A DNA stretch of 64,000 bases from Spirochaetales bacterium (GTDB lineage Bacteria > Spirochaetota > Spirochaetia > JABEVK01). Under the pieces are notes generated by a model, which saw nothing but the letters and a program-made list of their open reading frames with translations, made no database searches and was not told where the DNA came from. Below, piece by piece: positions 1 to 7,684 of this stretch. Made by a program: the position numbers and the translations under genes. Location of the stretch: NCBI GenBank assembly GCA_013044245.1, contig JABEVK010000004.1, forward strand, positions 1,842-65,841. The letters are read 5' to 3'. Positions within the stretch are counted from its first letter, which is position 1. Each line of letters starts with the position of its first letter.

Positions 1-421
1 CGCCTAAGTCACGGCAGCCACAGACAAAGGGGACTTTAAAGCCGTGCTTATCAACATGAAATTCGTCATCAGCGGGGGTCAAAACTTCGCTTTCATCAAT
101 AAAATCGACATCCAAAGCTTCCAGAATCTGAGCTTCGACAAAGTGACCAATCCGGCATTTAGCCATCACGGGAATACTAACAGATTTCTGAATCTCCTGA
201 ATCATCTTTGGGTCAGACATACGGGCTACGCCGCCCTGGACACGAATATCGGCAGGCACGCGTTCCAGAGCCATTACCGCAATGGCGCCAGCTTCTTCAG
301 CGATCTTGGCTTCGCTCGCATTGGTAACGTCCATAATGACGCCACCTTTGAGCATTTCTGCCAGACCAACTTTCGTTTTCCAAGTTGCTGTCTGACGCGA
401 GGACCAGGAGGTTTCACTCAT
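1..421 (-). CDS. pdxS: pyridoxal 5'-phosphate synthase subunit PdxS, 5' portion (runs off the window end)
   Basis: The reverse-complement translation from the ATG at 421 reads [71 protein letters not shown], the conserved PdxS/SNZ N-terminus. The ORF track missed it because the ORF leaves the window. Confidence 0.85.
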   Translation of the reverse strand, partial: MSETSWSSRQTATWKTKVGLAEMLKGGVIMDVTNASEAKIAEEAGAIAVMALERVPADIRVQGGVARMSDPKMIQEIQKSVSIPVMAKCRIGHFVEAQILEALDVDFIDESEVLTPADDEFHVDKHGFKVPFVCGCRDLG

Positions 422-551
422 CTTTACACTTCCTTAAGGAACGGGGAATGGCAAGAATTTAGCCCCGAAAAGCTAAAAAGTCAAGAATACACCGCCAAGG
501 AGTAGGCGATCTGGCGGACAAAGTCTTTTAAAGGGAGTATCTTGTCTCATC

Positions 552-1013
552 ATGCGACAAGAATATCGTTGGTGCCTGTTGCTTTTCGTAGGCTGTGTCA
601 TGATTAGCACTACTTCCGCCGAAACCCCCTTACCGTTGACCGCAAAGGCCTGGCGAACTGAGCGTCTTGAGGTCTTTCCCGAACTTAAGCGATTGCCGGA
701 ATGGTCACCGAGTCTGTCGGTGTTTGCATTGGCTCATGCCCAAGATTTAATCCGTCGGGGTGTGATATCGCATCGGGATGCCCAAGGGCGAGACGTGGCC
801 CAGCGCGCTGGTGAGGCTGGTCTACCGCCGGGAGAGTATGGAGAAGTGGTGGGGGCTGGTCCCCTGTGGCAAAAGATTTGGCAAGCTTGGCGAAACAGCC
901 CAGAGCACCGAGAACTCCTTTTAGAAGCCCGCTGGCAGGCTTGGGGTGGGGCGGTGGTTCGGGACGGGAATGTCCTTGTCTGTGTGATCGATGAGTACCG
1001 ATCACACAAATAA
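552..1013 (+). CDS. secreted CAP/SCP (YkwD-like) domain protein
   Basis: N-terminal signal peptide. The CAP-domain pattern is present: ALAHAQDL..G..SH, GENxx/GEVVG, W..SPEHRELLL, then WQAWGG. Confidence 0.6.
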   Translation: MRQEYRWCLLLFVGCVMISTTSAETPLPLTAKAWRTERLEVFPELKRLPEWSPSLSVFALAHAQDLIRRGVISHRDAQGRDVAQRAGEAGLPPGEYGEVVGAGPLWQKIWQAWRNSPEHRELLLEARWQAWGGAVVRDGNVLVCVIDEYRSHK

Positions 1014-1020
1014 ACTCGGT

Positions 1021-1350
1021 TTATCGGTCTTCAGGCTCGGGGCGTCGCTCGGGAATCGAAGTAACTTCCCTAGGGTCTTTCAAAGGTGAAAGAAACAAGC
1101 CGCAAAAGCACTGGCCGTATTCTTGGATATCCTGGGTAGCATATTTACAGGGGCAGACAATATCGTGGTCGGCTTCTTGGCCCTCGGCGTCGCGACAAGG
1201 ACAGTAGGGTTTACCTTTAAGGCGGGCTATTTGCGCCAAACTCTGAGTGACATGCGCGGTAATGTCTTGGTCGGGGTTGACCACCCAGCCTCGGTGACTC
1301 GCTACCTGCGCGGCATAAGCTTTACCAGCATCAGATTCATCCCAATTCAT
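1021..1350 (-). CDS. ferredoxin-thioredoxin reductase catalytic-subunit-like protein (FtrC-like)
   Basis: About 109 aa with a CPCR ... CPC ... CFC cysteine arrangement typical of the FTR catalytic chain. The CHC histidine is replaced by Phe. Confidence 0.55.
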   Translation of the reverse strand: MNWDESDAGKAYAAQVASHRGWVVNPDQDITAHVTQSLAQIARLKGKPYCPCRDAEGQEADHDIVCPCKYATQDIQEYGQCFCGLFLSPLKDPREVTSIPERRPEPEDR

Positions 1351-1700
1351 CAGTCGACCTCAGTTCCATCGCTAGGAAGCACTTCGGGAATTTCTTCGGT
1401 GGAAATGCCCAGAAGTTCTTCCCACTGCCGTTTAATGAACCCTATGGTCATTTTTTGACGGTCAAGAACCAAAGCAGGATAGGACAAACTTGATTGAAAC
1501 TTGGCTTTAAATTCTTCCTTGACCTTTTGTTTGAGTTCGGGGGGAATAAGGTCTAAGTAGATAAAGCGATAGGCAAAGTGTTGCGCTTGCAGGAACTCCA
1601 TGCCGCGTTTACAAAATCCGCAGGTGGACAACGCCAAAATGGCGATATCGTGCTCGGTTTTGGTACCGGGTACGGCGGTAAATTCAACTTGTTCAAACAT
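1350..1700 (-). CDS. glutaredoxin-like protein (CGFC active site)
   Basis: CGFC redox motif in a thioredoxin-fold-sized 116-aa protein. Its stop overlaps the start of the FTR-like gene (ATGA at 1350). Confidence 0.55.
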   Translation of the reverse strand: MFEQVEFTAVPGTKTEHDIAILALSTCGFCKRGMEFLQAQHFAYRFIYLDLIPPELKQKVKEEFKAKFQSSLSYPALVLDRQKMTIGFIKRQWEELLGISTEEIPEVLPSDGTEVD

Positions 1701-1725
1701 AGATGCACTCCTGTAAAAAGTTTCC

Positions 1726-2709
1726 TTATTGGGCTAGAAGTCTCACGTAATGGCTGACACCTTCCGAACGGGTTTCTACCAAACCCCGCACATCTGCCGC
1801 TTGTATGAACCGTTTAAATTGCGAAAAACCCAAGGCTTTGGTGTCGACTTTTTTTTCGCGCAGGCGGCTTGAAACAACACTGTACTCATGGAATTGGCTT
1901 TCTTTGCCGCCGTCAAGCTCTTTGAGACTTTCGACAAGAGCTTTGAGACCCTTTTGTAAAACACCCTTATCCTTGGCTTCAGGAATTTCGGGAAGTGTCA
2001 AAAAGGGGTTGCCCTCTTTTTCGGACAGCTGAACAACCCGACGCTTAACGGCTGCTGAAATAAAATCACTCCATTTGTTGTAGCCCAAGTGGTGTTCATC
2101 AAAATTAGGGTTGAGCATTTTCATGCGGATCTTGACGGTTCCCAGGTGGGCCGGCTTTCCTTCAGACGCCAAAATTCCTACCGTTTCGGCCAGCGCCGAA
2201 AACCAATAGTCGGGCGTAGGGGCATCCGGTGCCGAAGTTCCGGGTTCGTCGTCGCCTTCATCGGGAAGAATATCCCGGTAATCAACAAAGCTATCAGCAA
2301 TGGCCAAAAGCTCTTGCGAGGCCGTTTTAATGTCACAAACTACATGGGTAATCTTTCCAGCTCGCCTAAGTGTTAACAAGAGGGGGCGAAAATCGCTGTC
2401 GCCTGTAACCAGGACAATGGTATCAATGTGACCGTAGAGATTGAGAATCTCTAATGTGTCTGAGACGAGCTGAATATCAACAGAGTTTTTCTTTTTTCGT
2501 TCGCTGGGAACGTGGACAAGATAAAAATGGTATTTTTTGAGCTGAAGGGCTAGCTTTTGAAATCCTGGACTACTCCAGTCGGCATAGGCTTTTGCGGCGA
2601 CAACTCGGCCAAGGTTCTCTGCATATTCCCACAGAGCGTCAAGAAAAAGGGAATTATTGGAAGGAGGTGTGACGTTTTCGATATCCCAAATGACCGATAT
2701 ATTTGCCAT
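1726..2709 (-). CDS. NYN (LabA-like, PIN-like) domain protein with probable C-terminal OST-HTH/LOTUS domains
   Basis: VDIQLVSDTLEILNLYGHIDTIVLVTGDSDFRPLLLTLRRAGKITHVV is the NYN/LabA core. The C-terminal half has two repeated, LOTUS-sized segments about 70 aa long. Confidence 0.55.
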   Translation of the reverse strand: MANISVIWDIENVTPPSNNSLFLDALWEYAENLGRVVAAKAYADWSSPGFQKLALQLKKYHFYLVHVPSERKKKNSVDIQLVSDTLEILNLYGHIDTIVLVTGDSDFRPLLLTLRRAGKITHVVCDIKTASQELLAIADSFVDYRDILPDEGDDEPGTSAPDAPTPDYWFSALAETVGILASEGKPAHLGTVKIRMKMLNPNFDEHHLGYNKWSDFISAAVKRRVVQLSEKEGNPFLTLPEIPEAKDKGVLQKGLKALVESLKELDGGKESQFHEYSVVSSRLREKKVDTKALGFSQFKRFIQAADVRGLVETRSEGVSHYVRLLAQ

Positions 2710-2761
2710 ACTGCTAGTTTACTCCGGCCAACGAAAAAGTTCAAATGAACTGGTGAACGCC

Positions 2762-3133
2762 TTACAATTTTTCGTACTGACCGGTTCGCAACAGCACCAG
2801 AGTACAAGCGTTCAAACAAACCAGCCCCTCTTGTTCTAGCTTGGCCTTAAGCTCAGGGTTTTCGGTTCCGGGATTGAAGATGACCCTTCGTGGTCTAAGC
2901 CTCAAAAGCTCTTTTTCTAACCCTTGTTGGTAACGAGCCGAGACATACAAGGTCACAGTATCCACATTGTTCAACTCGCCAAGGGTCTTTGTCGAAATGC
3001 CGTCAATGTCGGAATACCCTGGGTTAATCGGAATGACTTCGTAGCCTCGTTCCAAGAGGTTCTCTTGAGCCATATGGGCGTAGCGGTCCTTTTTAGGGCT
3101 GGCTCCGACAATCGCTGTAGCTTTCATGCTCAT
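2762..3133 (-). CDS. CoA-binding domain protein (YccU/YneT family)
   Basis: AIVGAS...RYAH..NL...GYEVIPINP, then VDTV.LYV and VIFNPG, the pattern of the small CoA-binding (succinyl-CoA synthetase alpha-like) family. Confidence 0.6.
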   Translation of the reverse strand: MSMKATAIVGASPKKDRYAHMAQENLLERGYEVIPINPGYSDIDGISTKTLGELNNVDTVTLYVSARYQQGLEKELLRLRPRRVIFNPGTENPELKAKLEQEGLVCLNACTLVLLRTGQYEKL

Positions 3134-3189
3134 AATATACTCCTGTTGCGAGGTAAAAGAAAAATCGGTATGGTGAAAATGGGCTAAGC

Positions 3190-4011
3190 ATGAATCAGGA
3201 CCAAATCAAAAATTTGCTACTTTCGTTAAGGCCTCAAGTGCCAAATTTTCAGGTGATCTTAACGGGAAAATCCAGTCGAAAAGTTCACGGGCTCTACAAA
3301 CCCGATACTGGCGAAATTCTTTTGCATAATCGGAACTTCAAGACGGATCAGGAACTTTTGTACACGGCCGTCCATGAGTTTGCCCACCACGTTCATTTTT
3401 GTTCACCGCAACGCCCGCGGACAGCTCGTTCCCATACGACGCAATTTTGGTCAATCTTTCATGATTTGCTTCAGCAGGCCACAACGGACGGCTGGTACCA
3501 CGATGTTTTTTCGATCGACCCGGAATTTGTGAACTTAACGCGCCAGCTGAAAGAGAAGTATTTAAAACCCCAGGGAGATTTAATGAAAGAATTCGGTCAG
3601 CTTTTGTCGCAGGCCTTCGAGCTGTGTCAGCAACGGGGCCTTCCGTTCGAAGATTACCGTGACCGTATTCTTGGGTTGCCTCGTTCGACTGCACAAACAA
3701 CGGTGACCGCCTACCAATGGGACCTTCCAACAACCTATGGCTATGATGCCATGAAATTGCTCGCGTCGGAGCGAAACCCTGAAAAACGGCGGGAAATGAC
3801 TAGGGAATTGCAGGATGGTGCCTCCCTTGACCAGATCAAAACTCACCTCTCGCCAGGAAAGTCTGTTGTTCCTCTGGTATCAGCCGAACAAGATGAAACC
3901 GAGAGACTCAAAAGAAAAATCTATCAGTTAGAAGCCGAGCTGGAACGCTTGAAATCACGGCTCCGAGAACGAGAAATGGCAAGAGGAGGAGGTAATCATG
4001 GCCAAATTTGA
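3190..4011 (+). CDS. putative metal-dependent hydrolase (DUF45/YgjP/SprT-like HExxH protein) with C-terminal coiled coil
   Basis: HEFAHHVHF ... FWSIF fits the DUF45-type H-E-x-x-H-x(n)-H-x(n)-FW motif. The C-terminus (ETERLKRKIYQLEAELERLKSRLRERE) is a heptad coiled coil. Confidence 0.4.
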   Translation: MNQDQIKNLLLSLRPQVPNFQVILTGKSSRKVHGLYKPDTGEILLHNRNFKTDQELLYTAVHEFAHHVHFCSPQRPRTARSHTTQFWSIFHDLLQQATTDGWYHDVFSIDPEFVNLTRQLKEKYLKPQGDLMKEFGQLLSQAFELCQQRGLPFEDYRDRILGLPRSTAQTTVTAYQWDLPTTYGYDAMKLLASERNPEKRREMTRELQDGASLDQIKTHLSPGKSVVPLVSAEQDETERLKRKIYQLEAELERLKSRLREREMARGGGNHGQI

Positions 4012-4384
4012 ACTCACCAAAGAGGACACTCCTGATTTTCAAAAACGGGGAGGGTTATTGCCGGTGGTGGTGCAAGATTATGATTCCCGCGAAGTTCTCA
4101 TGCTGGCCTGGTGTAATGAGCAAGCTTGGCAGAACACGCTGGAATCAGGCTTGGCAACGTTTTGGAGTACCAGCCGCCAGGAACTTTGGGTGAAAGGCTC
4201 CACCAGCGGAGATTTCCTTAAGATTCGTGAAATTCGTCTAGACTGTGATCAAGATAGTCTAATCTTTTTGGTGACTTTGCAGGGCGAGGGCGTCTGCCAT
4301 ACCAGGAATGCCAGTGGGGCCCACCGGCATTCCTGCTTCTTTAGGACTTTTACAGGCTCTACTTGGAAGAACCTGGACCCGTGA
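3998..4384 (+). CDS. hisI: phosphoribosyl-AMP cyclohydrolase (monofunctional HisI)
   Basis: GLLPVVVQD...EVLMLAWCNEQA...FWSTSRQELWVKGSTSG...DCDQDSLIFLV...GVCHT is the HisI signature. There is no fused HisE and no other his genes in the window. Confidence 0.75.
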   Translation: MAKFELTKEDTPDFQKRGGLLPVVVQDYDSREVLMLAWCNEQAWQNTLESGLATFWSTSRQELWVKGSTSGDFLKIREIRLDCDQDSLIFLVTLQGEGVCHTRNASGAHRHSCFFRTFTGSTWKNLDP

Positions 4385-6893
4385 CCGAGCTTGTATCCGA
4401 TACGGCTGTACCTTCTTCTAAAGCGGCAACCAAATCTTGCTTATTCAGTTTTTTGGCTAAATCTAACGGGGTTTGACCGTTTTTATCGCGAATTCCTGGA
4501 TCGGCACCCAAGCCTAGGAGCATTTTTATGGCTGCCGGTGGCGCTCCAGTCAGGACGGCCAAGTGCAGAGCTGTACGTCCTAGGTTATTTTGATTGTTCA
4601 CATTATCGGGGGTAAAAAAGGCCTTCCACGCCGTTGGGCCTGAGCGAAGTGCCAACGAGGTCGGAGAGGCCCCATCGCGGTTTTCGGCAAAAGGGTCCGC
4701 TCCTTGCTGAATCAACATACGGATGGCACTTTTATTCCCTTGAGATGCGGCAAAATGAAGGGGCGTAGCCCCGGTGATATCTCGTTGCCAGACCCGACCC
4801 CCGTGCCGTAAAAGTTCTGCTAAAAGATCCGTCTGACCGTTGAGTACCGCTTCAAAGACAGGGGTGCGTCCGCTAGTATCTGAGGCGTTGGGGTCAGCAT
4901 TTTTGCTCAAGAGGTATTTTACCAAGGCACTTTCACCCCGCCTAACCGCTTGATCGAGCACCGTACGGCCCTCGAGATTTTTGGCCTCGAGGTTGGCTCC
5001 AGCGGCCAAAAGAAGGTTTCCCAAAGCAGGTTGGTCTGCCGAGACCCAAATCAAGTCTTGGAGTGGTGTGTTCCCCGCCTTGTCCACAGCTGATGGGTTG
5101 GCTCCCGACTGTAAAAGAATACTAACCATCGTCGGACTGCCTTGGCGAACCGCTTCGTGCAGGGGGGTATTCCCTAGCAAATTGGCCATGGTTAAACTGG
5201 CACCCTTTTGAAGTAATAGCGTTACCTCTTGGGGGAGATTTCCGTCAATGGCGTAAAACAAGGGTGTATCAAGGGAGGAATCCTGAAGGTTGACGACAGC
5301 TGAAGTGAAAAAATTCTCTTGAAAAGCGAGGGGAGACTGAAACGCTAACTGAAGAGGCGTAACCGATTGATTGTCAACCAGGAAGAGGTCGGCCCCTTTG
5401 GCAAGAAGCAGTTGCGCTTCTTGCAGGTTACCCTGAGCAATGGCCAAGTGGAGAGGACTTTGCCCTTGTTTATTCCGTACATTCGGATCTGCTCCTTGCT
5501 GTAAAAGGTAGTTAACGGAGTCAAGGTAATTCCCCGCCATCACCGCCAGATGCAAGGCGGTATTCCCGTTATCATCTTGGATACCAATATTTGATTTGTC
5601 GACCAGCCAAGAAAGAACCTCTTGGCCCATGCGAACCGCCAATCTCACGGGGGAAAGATCGGCGTTATTAACGGCGAATATATTGGCTCCCGCCAGGCGC
5701 AGAGCCAAAGCCAAGGCCTTTTCTTTGCGTTGAACGGCATCAAAAAGCGGGGTTTCACCCATCTTATTGCGAGCATTGATATCGGCTCCGTTCTCTAAAA
5801 GCAATTTCAACAGAGAATCCGGCAGGTTGAGTGAGACAACGAGGTGAAGGGGGGTATTGCCAAAGTTGTTTTTTAAATTAGGGTCGGCTTTGTGTTCTAA
5901 AAGCAAGCGAGCGGCTTGTTCCGGATGCGGTGAGGTCATTGCCAGGTGAAGAGCAGTGTTGTTGTTGAAATCTCTGAGATTAACATCGGCGCCTAGCTTT
6001 ATGAGTACGGCTGCGGTTTTAAGCTGTCCGTTTTCAAGAGCTTTATGGAGGGGGGTGTTTCCTGCAAAATCACGAGCGTCCACAACAGCGCCTTTTTTGA
6101 CTAAAAACTCAACGATGCCCGTTTGACCATGGCCTGCCGCGTAGTGCAACGGTGTAGTTCCTAAATCTAACGGAAGGGACACATCGTCGGCTATGCCAGC
6201 CCGGCCAAAGTACACCAGATCATTTTGCAAGGGAACGGGTGCGCCTTTTCGGAACAAATCCCAAGCAACTTCAGCATGCGATGCACTTTGGGGGAACTGC
6301 AACGCTAGGTCGGCGGGTGTTAAGCCTGCTTTGTTGCGTTGTGAAGGGTCGGCACCTAAGGCTAGAAATTTTTGCACAAGGGCTACACTTCCGCGCGATG
6401 CCGCCCAGTGCAGGGGGGTGTTTCCTTCTTGGTCGGTGGAGCCGATATTGTCCTTAGTGACTAAAAGTGGCAAAAGTGAAGGGTTCTGATCTAATGCCGT
6501 TTGAAAAGGGGAACGTCCGTTCTTATCCTTTATAAAAAGGGAGGCCTTGTACTGCACCAGCAACGGAATCGTTTTAATAGCGTTGTGCTCTACCGCCAAC
6601 ATCAGGGGCGTCTTACCCCCTTTGTCGGCAAGGTCCACGGTTGCCCCGCGGGACAGTAAAACAGCCGCAATATCCGAAAGATCTTTTTCTGCCGCGATGT
6701 GTAACGCCGAGCGCCCTTGGGAATCGACACTGTCGACGTTGGTATTCAAACCAAAAATTTCGCGAATTTTTGCCAGATTTTGGTTTTCTACCAGGTCAAG
6801 AAGGCTTTCTTTCGGGGCTTTAGGCGGCGGGGGAGTAGCACATGAAAAGATTAACAAGGCCAAAATGGGCAACAGGAGCCTGAACGGTTTCAT
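4359..6893 (-). CDS. ankyrin-repeat lipoprotein (about 24 ANK repeats)
   Basis: Lipobox LLIFSC at the N-terminus. The remainder is tandem 33-aa G-TPLH-A...G......LL..GA--N repeats. Confidence 0.8.
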   Translation of the reverse strand: MKPFRLLLPILALLIFSCATPPPPKAPKESLLDLVENQNLAKIREIFGLNTNVDSVDSQGRSALHIAAEKDLSDIAAVLLSRGATVDLADKGGKTPLMLAVEHNAIKTIPLLVQYKASLFIKDKNGRSPFQTALDQNPSLLPLLVTKDNIGSTDQEGNTPLHWAASRGSVALVQKFLALGADPSQRNKAGLTPADLALQFPQSASHAEVAWDLFRKGAPVPLQNDLVYFGRAGIADDVSLPLDLGTTPLHYAAGHGQTGIVEFLVKKGAVVDARDFAGNTPLHKALENGQLKTAAVLIKLGADVNLRDFNNNTALHLAMTSPHPEQAARLLLEHKADPNLKNNFGNTPLHLVVSLNLPDSLLKLLLENGADINARNKMGETPLFDAVQRKEKALALALRLAGANIFAVNNADLSPVRLAVRMGQEVLSWLVDKSNIGIQDDNGNTALHLAVMAGNYLDSVNYLLQQGADPNVRNKQGQSPLHLAIAQGNLQEAQLLLAKGADLFLVDNQSVTPLQLAFQSPLAFQENFFTSAVVNLQDSSLDTPLFYAIDGNLPQEVTLLLQKGASLTMANLLGNTPLHEAVRQGSPTMVSILLQSGANPSAVDKAGNTPLQDLIWVSADQPALGNLLLAAGANLEAKNLEGRTVLDQAVRRGESALVKYLLSKNADPNASDTSGRTPVFEAVLNGQTDLLAELLRHGGRVWQRDITGATPLHFAASQGNKSAIRMLIQQGADPFAENRDGASPTSLALRSGPTAWKAFFTPDNVNNQNNLGRTALHLAVLTGAPPAAIKMLLGLGADPGIRDKNGQTPLDLAKKLNKQDLVAALEEGTAVSDTSSVTGPGSSK

Positions 6894-7021
6894 ACCGATA
6901 TTCTCGGATTATTCCATCAAGCCCTGAGAAAAACCTCAGACGTCGGGACGAAATTTACTCAATTTCTGTTGAGGAAAAGCTGGACTTACCGCATCATGGT
7001 AATGGCAGGGAGTAAATTCTT

Positions 7022-7684
7022 ATGACACAGAAAGACTTATGCGCCACGTTTGACCATACGCTGCTTAATCCATTGGCAACACAAGAAGCCATTCGTCAGT
7101 TGTGCCGTGAAGCCGCGGAATGGCAATTCGCGACGGTGTGCGTCAATTCTAGCTATGTCCTAGAGGCAAGTCAGCTTTTAAAAGGTGAGGCTGTAGGGGT
7201 CTGTGCAGTAGCGGGATTTCCCCTGGGTGCGGATACGACCAGGACAAAACAAGCTCAAGCTCGTCAGGCCGTCGAAGACGGAGCCAGTGAAATTGATATG
7301 GTCCTCAATCTCGGCTGGGTTAAAGATCAACGCTGGGCTGAGCTTGAGGCAGAAATTAAAGCTGTCTGTGATGCCGCCTGCGTTCCAGTTAAGGTAATTC
7401 TCGAGACCTGCTATTTGACTGATGCAGAAATTGTCAAAGCTTGTCATTTGAGTGAAAACGCTGGTGCGTTTATGGTCAAAACATCTACAGGCTGGGGCCC
7501 CGGCGGGGCAACGCCAGAGTCTGTACGACTAATGCGCTCGTCTGTTTCGCCCCGCATGCTCGTGAAAGCTTCGGGCGGCATTCGCTCGCTCGCAACGTGT
7601 TTAGTGATGCTTGACGCGGGGGCTAGCCGTATTGGCAGTAGCTCAAGTGTCGCTATTATCAAAGAATTTGCGTATGAGCATTAA
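7022..7684 (+). CDS. deoC: deoxyribose-phosphate aldolase
   Basis: TVCVNSSYV, FPLGADTT and FMVKTSTGW (Schiff-base Lys) are the DeoC class I aldolase motifs. Length is 220 aa. Confidence 0.85.
   Translation: MTQKDLCATFDHTLLNPLATQEAIRQLCREAAEWQFATVCVNSSYVLEASQLLKGEAVGVCAVAGFPLGADTTRTKQAQARQAVEDGASEIDMVLNLGWVKDQRWAELEAEIKAVCDAACVPVKVILETCYLTDAEIVKACHLSENAGAFMVKTSTGWGPGGATPESVRLMRSSVSPRMLVKASGGIRSLATCLVMLDAGASRIGSSSSVAIIKEFAYEH

Noticed and set aside
44-505. 153-aa plus-strand ORF at the window start
   Set aside because: It lies entirely antisense to the well-supported pdxS coding sequence (minus strand, 1-421). No recognisable protein features.
685-1009. Two minus-strand ORFs (106 aa and 91 aa) inside the CAP-domain gene
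   Set aside because: Antisense shadow ORFs with Arg/Pro/Ser-rich low-complexity translations typical of antisense frames.
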